From positions 8,866,001-8,930,000 of the forward strand of contig JBHGNT010000002.1 of the NCBI GenBank assembly GCA_043228905.1: DNA of 64,000 nucleotides. Direction: 5' to 3'. Positions 1 through 13,054 of the stretch are shown here, piece after piece. The DNA comes from Azolla caroliniana. Lineage: Eukaryota; Plantae; Polypodiophyta. The stretch's first letter is position 1. Each line of letters starts with the position of its first letter. Position numbers and translations under genes: made by a program. The notes under the pieces were generated by a model, which worked only from the letters and a program-made list of their open reading frames with translations, made no database searches and was not told the DNA's origin.

Positions 1-3000
1 AAATTTGCTCAAGCTCATAAGATATCCCTAAGAAAACTCCAGTGTCCAGCCTTTGTAGTAGTCATTCATGGACGTCCCATTGCTTCCGGAAATATCATAG
101 AAGAGTCAGAGCCCCTTAATATTGTCCTAGATAACTTAGCATGTGTGGTATCATTTAATATTATTAGTATCCCAGAACATCCTATAGTTTTAGGATAACT
201 GTGGTTCAAGTTACATAACCCAGACATAAATTGGAGAACAAGAGAAATCCGGTGTCGACAAACCCAAGGGTCAACTCAGAAGATGGCAACCATTTCGATA
301 CGTCAGTTGCGTAAAGAAGGGCGCAAGGAGGAAATGTTCCTCTTTGCAATATCAGTAAACCCCTCCAGCACCACTAAAGAAGAATCCACCGTTCAACTTC
401 CCGAGAAGTATCGTCATTACGCCGATGTGTTCGATAAAGTACAAGCCAACACACTTCCTCATCATCGACCGTACGATTGCCTCATCGATTTACAACCAGA
501 AAAAGAGCCGCCATGGGGACCGATCTACAATTTGTCACCAACCGAGTTGGAAGTCCTTCGGGCCTATATAGAGGAGAATTTGGAAAATGGTTTCATTCGG
601 CATTCGAAATCTCCAACCAGCGCGCCCATTTTCTTCGTCAAAAAAAAAGATGGATCGCTTTGTCTCGTTGTAGATTACCGTGGCTTGAATAAGGTTACAA
701 TCAGGAATAGGTATGCTCTTCCCCTTATCTCAAGTCTTTTAGAACGGATCAATGGTGCCAGGTTCTTCACGAAGATCAACTTACGGGGGGAGCATATAAC
801 CTCGTACGGATCCGACCAGGAGACAAATGGAAGACCGCGTTTCGCACCACATATGGACACTTCGAGTATACGGTCATGCCGTTCGGCCTCACTAATGCGC
901 CGACAGTCTTCCAACACATGGCTAATGATATATTCCGAGATCTATTGGATGATTGTTTGATCATCTATTTGGATGATCTACTGGTTTATTCAAAGACACA
1001 AGAAGAACATGATTCTCATGTCCTATTAGTACTAAAACGACTTCGAGAACATGGTCTGTATGCAAAGCTCGAAAAATGTAGTTTCGGGTGCAACCAAGTG
1101 GAATTTCTTGGCTACATCATTTCGTCAGAAGGCATCTCCATGGACCCAGCTAAGGTCAAAACGGTGGTAGAATGGCAGACTCCGCGTTCGGTGCGGGATG
1201 TGCAATGCTTCTTAGGCTTTGCCAATTTTTACCGGAAGTTCATACAAGATTACTCAAAGATCGTTCTACCTCTCACACAACTTACCAAGAAGGGACAACC
1301 GTTCATCTGGTCTGAAGAAACGGACATGGCTTTCGAGAGTCTTAAAAAGGCATTTACATCGGCTCCAATTCTAGCTCATGTCGATTCGGAAAAACCATTC
1401 ATCATCGAAGCTGACGCATCGGATTTTGCATTGTGGAGCATTTTGTCACAACAGGGGAATGATGAGAGGCTACATCCTGTGGCTTTTCACTCACGCAAGT
1501 TTGACGCCGCCGAAATCAACTACGAAATTCATGATAAGGAGCTATTGGCAATAGTGGATTCTTTTATGCAATGGAGGCATTTTCTGGAGGGATCCTCTCA
1601 TCCAGTCACCGTATTTAGTGACCACAAGAATCTTGCCTACTTTTAGGATGCTCGTGTGTTGAATCGACGTCAAGCTCGGTGGGCCCACTTCCTCATGCGT
1701 TTCGACTTCAAAATTACATATCGTCCGGGGAGGCACCAAGGGAAGGAAGATACATTATCACGGCATTCGTATCTAGCACCCCGTCCCGGCGAGCCAGCTT
1801 TCGATAACCAAAAACAAGTCATCTTGGGACTGGCACGACTACAAGCAACACAGATCTTTGACATGCCTATGGATTCCCGCGTTATCGATACCATACGTGA
1901 AGACTTGAAGACAGATGCGTTCGCCCAAGCTATACTAGCACAAATTGATCCCTCTCGAGCGTCGTGTTCACAATCGCAACCACCAGGTACAGACTATCGG
2001 CAATTCAAATACCATGATGGATTACTCTTCTTTAAATAACTTTTGTATATTCCTAATGGTTCTTGCCGCCTTCGAGTAGTACAAAACTGTCATGACACAT
2101 ATACAACTGGGCATTTTGGCAGTACTAAAACATTACATTTAGTACAACGAACATTCTGGTGGTCCTGTATGTGACAATTTGTCGAGGATTTTGTTCAGAC
2201 TTGTGATACATGTTGCAGAGCGAAAAAGCCAAGGCATCATCCATATGGTTTAGTAGAACCATTACCAATTCCAAGCAAGCCGTGGCAATCCATTGCTCTA
2301 GACTTCATCACAGATCTTCCAGTCTCTAAGGGGTTCAATGCGATTCTAACGGTGGTCAATCGATATACGAAGATGGCTCATTTCTTGCCATGTACGAAGG
2401 AGATCTCCAGTGAAGACACTGCCGAAATTGTCATGCGTGAAGTATGTCGGCATCATGGACTTCCCGATAGTATCATCAGCGACCGTGGACCCCAGTTCGT
2501 GTCAAAATTCTGGAAGCACCTTTTTAACATGCTCAAGGTCACTTGTAACCTCTCCTCCGGCTACCACCCACAAACTGACGGCCAAGCTGAACGAACAAAT
2601 CAAACGTTGGAGTAGTATCTGCGGTGCTTTCTCAGCTATCATCAAGATGACCGGGCAGATATTCTCCACTTCACCGAATTTGCCTATAACAACTCTATCC
2701 ACGCATCCACTAAAGTTACGCCATTTTATGCTTATACGGGATGTCACCCCCGGTGGAGTGTACTTGAAACCCCAGAGGTGTCCACAAATGCGTGCGTGGA
2801 GGATCGTTTGGAGCAGTTACGCAAGATACAAGTGGATTTATCTACTCATCTCCAGCAAGCTCAACAAACACACAAGGTCTATGCGGATCGTCATTGACTT
2901 CCATCCAGTTTTAATATTGGAGATCGGGTGTGGCTGCTACGACGACACATCAAGACTACTCGTCCATGTGAGAAGTTAGATTATCGGCGATTAGGTCCTT

Positions 3001-3388
3001 TCCGTATTATTGGATAGATTAATGATGTCGCTTTTCGTCTCGATCTACCTCCTCAACTTCGGATACATCCGGTGTTTCATAGTTCTCTCCTCCAACCCTA
3101 CCACGAGAGCACCATCCCAGGACGTCTTATCCAACCTCCACCCCCGATCGAGCTTGAAGATGGGCCGGAGTACGAGGTTGCCGCCATCCTTGATTCCAAG
3201 ATTGTTCGCAACAAGCTCTACTATCTAGTCGATTGGCTAGGCTATACCCCAACGAACGTACTTGGGAACCGATCGAGAATGTGACCAATGCTCGTGCTCT
3301 TCTTGAAGACTTCCATCGTCAATATCCACACAAACCAGGTCCTCAATCCAAGACGACTCGTGACACTCGTCGTTTTAAAGGGGGGATA
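1..3388 (+). pseudogene. Gypsy pol (protease end, RT, RNase H, integrase, chromodomain), broken by frameshifts and stops
   Basis: ORF pieces 283-960, 876-1646, 1656-2039, 2352-2615 and 3072-3284 are collinear pol fragments. Confidence 0.93.
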
Positions 3389-3389
3389 G

Positions 3390-3693
3390 TGTCATGATAT
3401 GGCAAGACTCGAACCCATGACTTTAGGTTATATGGGTCCAGCTCTTGACCATTAGATCATCTATTGTAATACGTAGGATATTATTTTCATTTACAATTTA
3501 TTATAGGAAATTAGTGTATATTCCAGATTTCTCTAGAACATTCTAGAAGCTTCAGGATTACTCCTGAAAACACTATAAAAGAGGGCACTAGGCATTATGT
3601 TGAACCAAATTGGTTCAACGACAGACTTAAGCCTTTTAGCCACCATTGTATATTCTCTTCATATAATACATATCTTTCTTATCATCACACACA

Positions 3694-3758
<65 letters not shown>

Positions 3759-3857
3759 GCTCACTTCTTCCTTCTCTCGAAGAAGTTCCACACCTCTCAT
3801 AGTACTAATCCTTCGTTTAGTACTAATTCCTTCTCTGTCTCAGTACTGTTCATGACA
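3390..3857 (+). repeat. 3' LTR of the Tcn1-like element (468 bp), with a (CT)n tract at about 3696-3752
   Basis: 8-bp terminal inverted repeats directly after the PPT; TATAAAA at about 3574; homologous to the reverse complement of 56961-57415. Confidence 0.93.
3397..3466 (-). promoter_or_regulatory. tRNA-like Pol III promoter (A-box + B-box) inside the LTR U3, antisense to the element
   Basis: Minus strand reads AGA-TGATCTAATGG-TCAAGAGCTGGACCCATATAACCTAAAGTCATG-GGTTCGAGTCT-TGCC, with tRNA-like box spacing. Confidence 0.6.
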
Positions 3858-6150
3858 ACACTCGATGAACCGGCCGGTGACGGTGAGGAGACAAAACCGG
3901 CTAAAGAAGGAATAGGTGAAACCGAAACTGGACAAGACCCTGAATCGAATTCAGATGAAAAGCAAATGGAGGAGCCGGTTACCGAAGCCCAAGGACAAAG
4001 ATATCCGCTCAGAGAGAGAAGGGCCCCTCGGAGACTTCCGGATCCAGAGCACGTGTTGCTAACCGATGAGGGGGAGCCAGAAAGCTTCGAGGAAGCAAAA
4101 AGTGACACCCATAGCCACAAATGGTTAAGTGTCATGGAGGATGAGACAGATTCCTTGTATAAGAACCATACGTATGAGTTGGTGGAGTTGCCGAAAGGAA
4201 AGCGGGCACTATGAAAGAAGTGGATGTACAAGTTGAAACCGGGAGATGCCGGCAACCCCCCGAGATACAAAGCCAGGATCGTGGTGAAGGGGTTCCAGCA
4301 TAAGAAGGGCGTGGACTTCGACGAGATATTTGCCCCGGTATTAAAGAGGACTTCCATCCGGACGGTGCTGAGTATAGCGGCAAGCATGGACCTCGAGGTA
4401 GAGCAGCTGGACGTGAATACGACATTCCTTCATGGTGACCTCGAAGAGGAGATCTACATGCAGCAACCGGAAGGATTTGTGGAGAAAGGGAAGGAGCACC
4501 TGGTTTGCTGGTTGAAGAAGAGCCTGTACGGACTGAAGCAGGCTCCCCGACAATGGTACTGGAAGTTCGACTCCTTCATGACCGACCAAGGATATCACAA
4601 AACACAAACCAATCACTGCGTGTTTGTGAAGAAGTTCGAAGGAGGCGACTTCCTGATACTCCTTCTATACGCGGACGACAAGTTGATCGTCAGACGAGAC
4701 CAAGCCAAAATATGGATGTTGAAGAAGGCTCTCAACCGAACTTTCTCAATGAAAGACTTGGGCCCAACAAGGCAGATACTGGGGATGCACATCATCCGGG
4801 ACCGGTCAAAGAAGCAATTGTGGTTGTCACAGGAGAAATACGTGACAAAGGTGCTTCAGCGGTTCAACATGTTAGAAGCGAAACCGGTCGGATCGACACT
4901 CTCGGCAAACTGCAAATTATCCGGTAAGCAAATCCCGAAGACAAAAGCAGAGAAGGCGGATATGATGAAGGTTCCATATTCCTCTGCCATCGGGAGTTTA
5001 ATGTACGCAATGGTGTGTACTCGACCGGATATTGGATACACAGTCGGAGTGGTGAGTCGGTTTATGAGCAATCCCGGTAAGGAGCACTGGAACGCGGTCA
5101 AATGGATACTCTGGTACTTGAAAGGCACTTTGAATATGTGTCTCGGATTCGGCTCCGATAAACCTCAACTTGAAGGTTTTACCAATTCGGATATGTCGGC
5201 TGATGTGGATACTAGCCGGTCTACATCCGAGTATTTAATGACATATGCAGGGGGAGCTGTTTCGTGGCAGTCGAGGCTATAGAAGACGGTTGTGTTGTTA
5301 ACCACGGAGGTGGAGTACATGGTGGCTATTGAAGCCGACAAGGAAATATTATGGATGAAGGACTTCATCGGAGAGCTCGGTATCCAGCAAGATGAATACC
5401 GGCTCTATTGCGACAGTCAAAGTGCCATCCACCTTGCTAAGAACGCATCGTACCATTCCAGGACGAAGCACATCCAGCGCAGGTATCACTGGATCCGGGA
5501 GCGAGTAGAAGATCGAGAGTTCGCGCTGACGAAGATCCATATGGTTGAGAACGGAGCAGATATCCTGACCAAAGTATTGATACCCGACAAGTTGGATCCA
5601 TGTCGGAAGCAGATCGGACTAGTAAGACATCCCATGCCGGAGTGAAGGGGGAGTTTGTTAGGAAACATGTCCCTCCGGATGGGAAGTGAGAAGAACTGTG
5701 TTGATGAGCAACTAGTGGAGATAGCCAACACGGAAGGCTAAGTTTGTAAATAGTCGAAAGGTTACATTAGTATATAAGCACTTAGGGCAATCATGTTAGA
5801 TGTGCGCGTTATTAAAAGGTTATTGTTGACGAGGTTGTTGTCTCCGTAACTGTGAGAGTGAACGAGTATGAGTGGGAGCGTGTGAGCTCCATAGCCGCAT
5901 GTTGGTGAAGCAGGATCTCGAGGTCGTTGCATCTGAGATCTCTGATTGTATGTCTTTCTCCCATAGTGTTCTGTTTCAGAGTTTGTGGACTCCACGTGGT
6001 TTTTTCCCAGTTCGGGTTTCCACGTTAAAATCTATGTCATTCTCAGTTTCTGCATTTTGTTTTTCCCTTTCCATTAGATTAACTATTATTCCGCACACGC
6101 AAAACCGGTTGTGGCCGGCAACGATCTGAACTTCAGAAAGGCACCCTTCA
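3858..6150 (+). mobile_element. Ty1/Copia (Tnt1/Tork-like, family A), 3' half: linker, RT, RNase H, PPT, 3' LTR
   Basis: ORFs 4224-5282 (YKARIVVKGF, SLYGLKQAPRQW, YADD) and 5292-5645 (YCDSQSAIHLAKN, RTKHI); PPT GAAGGGGGAG 5644-5653; LTR TGTTAGG...CCCTTCA about 5656-6150. Confidence 0.92.
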
Positions 6151-6539
6151 ATGAATTATAAACATCAAATAAGAAAGCTTATTCAACATGATTTGTTGTG
6201 TCCACATGAATTCTTGATCCATTAAACATGAGTTGGTTCTTGAATCCAAGAGACCATAAGGAAGACATTGATATCACCTACTTGTGTTGAGCTCATTTGT
6301 GCTACAAGAATTCTACAAACTAAATTTGAGGATTAGTATTACGAACCAACTTTACACATCCTAGATTGTCCAACCAAATAGGGTTTGTTGGACTTAAGTA
6401 TATAGGTTCCCTTCTATTTGATCCAAAACTTCAAATCTATTAAATTGAACAAGGTTGCTAGGACTCATTGGATTGGTAGATCGAATTGGAGAATGAGATT
6501 CGAAACTTTTACAAGCACACACTAGTTTACTTAATGCCT

Positions 6540-7260
6540 TGGTTTATATGGATAAATCACAACTATAGGTATCATGCCAACACACTATAACATAAATGGT
6601 TTGCTGGAGGTAGCTACTTTTCAACTTCAGACCAAGGACCTTGACAACATGCCACCTGGATCTCAATTGGATTGGGCTTTGTAGAAACTTGTAACCTTGT
6701 TGGAAAATCATGTTGGTGTTGTACTTGGCAACGTGGTTCCAACTAATCAAACTTGAGACAAGTGGTTGGATAATGAAAGGGATAAATTTGTGACTAAATG
6801 CATTTGATTGAAGTATCCTTAGAATTGAGTGTGAGCATGATTGACCTTTGTTGGAGATTTCTTATGGCTTCTTTGGCGGGCTTCGTCCTTTTAAACTTTG
6901 TTATTATAAGGATAATGAAGCGACATCCTATTTTATGTAACCCATGAATGTGGAATGTATATTTAAAAAATTTGCTACTTGCATAGTAGTTTCTTTCTTC
7001 ACTATGGGAATTAATTGTGACATTTTGATTGATATATCAACTACAACCAACACTATGTTCCATTCACATTAAGTATGAGGTAGCCCCACAAAAACAAATC
7101 CATGAACACACTTTGATATTTCTTATCTAGGACAGGAAAAAGTTGCAACAATGTGGGATAACAAACTCTCTCATGCTTAGAGGTTCTTAGAGGTCTCACA
7201 AGGAATGCACCAAGACACATAGTCAAGCAAAATTTTCTCAACATTGACATCAATGTACCT
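6540..7260 (-). pseudogene. Heavily decayed Gypsy integrase fragment
   Basis: TLLQLFPVLDKKYQSVFMDL resembles GLLQPLPIP..W.SVSMDF; followed by VVVD-like and LG.KL..S-like remnants. Confidence 0.5.
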
Positions 7261-7269
7261 CCTTATACC

Positions 7270-7697
7270 ATGACCATAGTGTTCACATGTAGGCTAGAGT
7301 AGTTAATCAAGCAACTACATCACTAGGTTTTAATGACACATGCATAACGAAATGGTGCCTCCCATGATGTAGAGAGAATTGATTCCCAAAATGTTGGTGG
7401 CCACCAAAGGTTGACAAACATTGATAAGGAGTAGGCTTAAAGATGGTAGAGACACACACATAATTAGATTCATTTTTCTAGAAAACATATCCTTCCATTA
7501 GTTTTTAAAAGCATATCAGCCACAAAATACAAAATAGATGGAAAGGAAGTGACTATCCTTCCCAGCCCGTCTTGTGTAAGACATGATTTCAACATGTATG
7601 ACCACGCCTTCATGTTAAGCCATGTGATCGGCACCCACCTTGAGGGATCTCAGCCCATCGAACACTTTATATGCATCTGATAAACTTCCACATGTTG
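7270..7697 (-). pseudogene. PLS-class PPR pseudogene, distal part (continuation of 13055-14100)
   Basis: Minus-strand YATCGSLSDAYKVFDGL motif continues GGTLVDM on the far side of the Copia insertion. Confidence 0.6.
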
Positions 7698-7702
7698 CAT
7701 AT

Positions 7703-10700
7703 TGTTGAGACTCAAGCTCAACATAGTGCAATGTGTGAACACACTTTTTGAGAATCAATGATTACTCAAAAGTCAAGAGTCACACCACTACTCTCCACAC
7801 ATTAACTATGTGTCATAGAATCATATTCTATGAAACATAACTAATGAGTTACATATTCCCCATGACTATGAGTCTTCACATTCCCCAAGAGAGAGTGGTT
7901 GTTGTAGCTTGTTAATGAAGAGAGAGGGTGACTATATATAAAGCACCCTCCTCATACTTCATACTAAGTTGGTTGTGACTCCTTGAAATGCTACATCTTT
8001 GTATCTCTTACTTTACTTGTGAACATACATCTTCTTCTTGAGTATTCCTTTTACTATCTATCTTGTGTTCTCTCTTCTCTCCTCTAATTCCTCTCACACC
8101 TACACACATAACACACATCTCTTCCGCTACACAAGAATCATACCCGATTCTTTACATGGTATCAGAGCGGTTTGGTAGCTCAATCTAACCCATCCGTAGG
8201 TGTTATGCTCTACGCCAACGTTCTAGAAGAACCGGTTCATCGTTATCGTAGTGCAACTACATATCTCGTGTTTGAGAGAGAAGGAAAAGAAGAAAGAAAG
8301 CTTCATCGATATAATGAATACTCAAATGGGGAGCGCTCTCCCTAGCGAGAAGTTGGAACGAAACAACTTCTCATCTTGGGATTACAAGATGCACCAATAC
8401 CTTGTCGGCCAAGGCTATTGGGGTTACATCAAAGGAGCACAAGAAAACCGACTTGACCCGAAAGACGCTGACTACGCAACATGGGAGCAAGCGGCAAGCC
8501 GAGTGATGTATTGCTTGGTGACATGTGTTCACGACCACATGCTCCGCTACATTCGAGAAGCCGAGATGCCAAAGGAAGCGTGGGAAAATCTACAAAAGAT
8601 TTTTGCCGCCAACACAACCGCTAGAAAGCTTCAATTCCGCCAAGACTTGAACAACATCCAACAAAGGGATATGTCCATCATGAGCTACACCTTGAAGATC
8701 AAGGAGCTTTGCGACTCGCTCAACTCAATAAGAGTCAATGTGGATGATGATGAGATGGTGCAAATATGCCTCGGCGGCCTTGCACCACGGTTCAACACGA
8801 TGAGGACCACCGTATTAGCACGGGAGAATCCGCCCTCCTTCTATGATCTTCAATCCATGTTTTTGGTTGAAAAAAACCATGTTCGAACAAGGAGCAATGC
8901 TTCGGAAGGCCACATGCTTTACTCGCACTCGGTCGGAGGAAGAGGACACGGTTCTGCAAGAAGAGGCTGATTTGGCCAAGGACGAGGTGGACGAGGCCCG
9001 ACATACGAAAACAACTCGCAATTTTAGCATCAAGACGGAAGCCATCGAGGAACCTTTGGAAGAAAGGGGAGTGTCCATTCCAGTCCGAGCCGACAAAACT
9101 CGATCAAATGCGGATATTGTGGAAAAATCGGTCACCACGAAGAAGAGTCGGCTTCCACTAACCAAAAACTCACCAATTACACCACCAACTCCGACTATGA
9201 TGATCATGGCGGAATGTTCGTGATGAGACATAGAGCAAATTCTATGTCGACTTCTGCTTCAAATAGCGCATCTAGTCCGGAAGACGTATGGTTCGTCGAC
9301 TTCGGTGCCTCGAACCATATGACGTCTCATCAAGAATGGTTTCGAGAACTTCGAGAGCTGAACTAACCCGGCTATGTTGAAACCGGAGACGATGCTATGC
9401 ATCAGATCGACACATCGGGAATGTCTCATTCAGCAAAGAAGGTAACCAAACTTTTATTAAGAATGTCTTGCATGTACCAACCATTACAAAGAATTTGGTC
9501 TCCGTCGGCCAAATAGTTGAGCAAGGGATGAAAGTATGATTTAATCAAGGCGGTTGCTTCATCGAAAAAGAGGGCCGACTCATCGCTCGCAGACGAAGAG
9601 AGGGCCAAATGTTCATTCTCGATTCACATGAGATGAAATCAGCCATGTTCGCAAAGGGCACAAAAGCCGATTCCGACATAGAGTTATGGCACAACCGGAT
9701 TGGCCATATCAACCTCCAAAAGCTCAAGGCAATGCAATCGAAAGGAGTCTTCATGGGGCTCCCGATATTCAAGGAGAAAGAGATTGAAGGCATGTGTGCC
9801 ACTTGCCAATTCGGCAAGCAACATCGGCGCCCATTTCCGAAGGAGCAGAATGTGAGCCTTTACTCAACATAATTCATTCCGATGTATGGGGTCTGGCTCA
9901 TACGACTACATTTGGCGGATGCCGATATTATGTGACCTTCATCGACGATTTCTCTAGGCACACCTAGATCTACCCCATGCGGCAAAAGAACAAAGTGTTT
10001 GGACACTTCCAAAAATTTAAGAATGAAGTCGAGAAAGCCACGGGTCGACATGTACGATGTCTTCGGTCGAATGGAGGTAAGCAATACTTCTCCGAATTTT
10101 TTTTGGCTTTTCTACGGAAAGACAGAATTCAGCAAGAGTTTTCGTGTTGACATACGCCACAACAAAATAGAGTCGTTGAACGAAAGAATTGGCATATCCT
10201 CGAAGTAGCATGAGCCATGATGAATGAAAAGCACCTGCTGAAGTCGTACTGGGTAGGAGCGGCGAACACGGCCGTATACCTCATGAATCGGTGTACGACA
10301 TTGGGTGTGCACAACTTACTCTACACAAGAAGTTTTTCGGAAAGAAGTCAGACCTATCACATATTCGGATATTCGGCTCCATTGTGTATGTGCACATCCC
10401 CGACGAGAAGCGACAAAAGCTCAACCCGAAGTCGGAGAAATGTATCCTCATAGGATACTCTTTGGAGCAAAAGGGGTACAAGTGTTATAACCCCTCAACT
10501 CGGAAATCTCAAGTAAGTCGAGACGTCGTTTTCGACGAGTCCGCATCTTGGTACGCACCAGAGACAACTTCGACTCTAGTTCCACTCGATCCGAAATCCG
10601 CTGAAATAGAAATAGAAGCCAAAGATCGGCTCACGCACATGTTCGAAGAAAGCCCGATTATGACAAGGCTTAGCTCGCAACGGCAAAAGGGTGGCACCTC

Positions 10701-13049
10701 CATCAAATGGACGTAAAGAACGCCTTTCTTCAAGGTGAAAATCAAAGCACATCTCGGCCGAGTCCGAAGCTAGAAAAAGGGAAGGCGAAAATGTCGGAGT
10801 ATGAAGACGATCACTTCGACAGCAACGAATCGACTCACACCCTTGATAGTGAGTTCAAAGGCCTTGACATCCGGACAACTGGAGTGAAAAAAGCCTTAGT
10901 ATCTGCAAATGACAAGCTCCGTCGATCCACCCGTGAAAAGAACCCCATAAGCCGATTCGGCTACAACGATTATATGGCGTACCATTATGCCTTTATGATC
11001 AAGGTAGTGACAGTACCGGAGCCGAAATCGTTTTCCGAAGCCGCGAAGAACCCCAGATGGGTTGAAGTGATGAATGAGGAGATACAAGCACTCACCAAAA
11101 AGAACACATGGGATCTTGTCCCCCACTCACCGCACAAGAAGGCAATCAGCTGCAGATGGATCTACAAGGTGAAGTATAACGCCGACGGCTCCGTAAACCG
11201 CTACAAAGCTCGACTCGTAGTAAAAGGATACACACAGACGCACGGAGTCGATTATGAAGAGACATTTGCACCGGTGGCAAAGATGACGACTGTGTACAAC
11301 CACCCGATTTTGAATCACATACTCATCCGAAATCCGTGTGCCGACGCAAGAAGCCACTCTACGGCCTCAAGCAAGCACCGCATGCTTGGCATTCGAAGAT
11401 TACGCATTATCTTCATCAAATCGGCTTTCAAATGTCAAAATATGACAACTCCCTCTATGTACGAAACGATTCTAGAAGCTCGATTGTCATCATCATATAC
11501 GTGGATGATCTAGTTATTGGAGGTGACCATTTAGTCAACATCAACAAGGTGAAATCCCTCCTCTCCGGCAAATTCGAGATGACGGACATGAAGGAGCTCC
11601 ATTACTTCCTTGGCATCGAGGTAATTTGGACTTCGGCCAGGTATTATGATATCTCAACGGCACTACATTCTCAACTTGTTATACAAGTTCGGGATGACAA
11701 CGTGTAAATCTATGGAAACCCCCCTCAATCGAAACCTCAAACTAGATGCCGATTCCGGCACAGACGAGTGTGACCCGACTCAATATCGACAACTGATCGA
11801 GATCCTCATCTATATCACGATTTCTCAACCCGACCTTAACTATCTGGTCGGCCTCCTTAGCTAATTCATGCAAACTATGCGAGATATCCATTTCGATTGC
11901 GCTCAGAGAGTATTAAGATACATGAGCAGCACAATGGATTACGACATTCTCTACGCATCGGCCACACCAATTCGACTCGAATGGTACATAAATGCCGACT
12001 GGGCCAGCTACAGAGCTGATCGACGATCGACCTCCGGATTTTTCTTCTCGCTCGGTAGCAGAGGAATATCTTGGAGTAGTAAGAAGCAGCCTATCGTTGC
12101 ACTTTCGAGTACGGAGGCCGAATACAGGGGCGCCACCATAGCTGCATGTGAAGCCGTATGGCTCAAGAGGATCTTGAAGGATTTGGGTGTTCCCATCAAG
12201 GATCCGACTCCAATTTACTGCGACAAAATGAGCAGTATATATCTGGCTCGGAACCCAGTGTTCCACGCACGCACAAAGCATATCGAAGTGCACTACCATT
12301 TCATTTGAGAGTGTGGTCAGGCCAGAGATGTCGATCTTCTACACATCAACACGAATCTTCAGACAACCGACATCTTCACCAAAACCCTAGGAGTCGACAA
12401 GCTTCGGTAATTCATGTCAGACCTTGGATTGACGATCCCTGACTTGCCAAGCTTGAGGGGGAGTGCAAGCGAGAACCAGATACCGTCTTAACGGGGTACG
12501 AACCGAAGCGGACACCGGAGATCATCCGAACCGGATATTGGATACCACATCAATCGAAAGGAACCGACCTGATTTGAGCTTGAGGGGGCATGTTGGGAAT
12601 CAAGCTCAACATAGTGCAACGTGTGAACATACCTTTTGAGAATCAATGATTACTCAAAAGTCAAGAGTCACACTGCTACTCTCTACACATTAACTATGTG
12701 TCATAGAATCATATCCTATGTCACATAACTAATGAGTTACATATTCCCCATAACTATGAGTCTTCACATTCCCCAAGAGAGAGTGGTTGTTGTAGTGAGT
12801 TAATGAAGAGAGAGGGTGACTATATATAAAGCCCTCCTCATACTTCATACTAAGTCAGTTGTGATTCCTTGTAATGCTACATTTTTGTATCTCTTACTTT
12901 ACTTGTGAACATACATCTTCTTCTTGAGTATTCCTTTTTCTATCTATCTTGTGTTCTCTCTTCTCTCCTCTAATTCCTATCACACATACACACATAACAC
13001 ACATCTCTTCCGCAACCCACTACACAAGAATCATACCCAATTCTTTACA
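7703..13049 (+). mobile_element. Full-length Ty1/Copia (Bryco/Lyco-like, family C) with two LTRs and a 5-bp TSD
   Basis: 5' LTR 7703-8156, 3' LTR 12591-13049 (TG..CA); TSD CATAT at 7698-7702 and 13050-13054; PBS TGGTATCAGAGC 8157-8168 (tRNA-iMet); PPT about 12577-12590; decayed gag-PR-INT-RT-RH. Confidence 0.96.
8314..12490 (+). pseudogene. Copia gag-pol polyprotein with many frameshifts and stops
   Basis: Gag KLERNNFSSW, PR WFVDFGASNHM, LWHNRIGH, RT YKARLVVKGY/YVDD, RH EAEYR..ARNPVFHARTKHIEVHYHF. Confidence 0.92.
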
Positions 13050-13054
13050 CATAT

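Larger units (their letters stand above)
1..3857 (+). mobile_element. Ty3/Gypsy chromovirus (Tcn1-like) LTR retrotransposon, 3' part, nested in a Copia element
   Basis: PR-RT (YLDD)-RNaseH (ADASDFA, YEIHDKELLAIV)-INT (ISDRGPQF, HPQTDGQAER)-chromodomain (EYEVAAILDS..YYLVDWLGY) order; PPT AAAGGGGGGATAG 3377-3389; 3' LTR TGTCATGA...TCATGACA 3390-3857. Confidence 0.95.

Noticed and set aside
3597-4214. 205-aa ORF with an SLSLSL run
   Set aside because: Chance read-through of the LTR (CT)n tract into the Copia linker across an insertion junction
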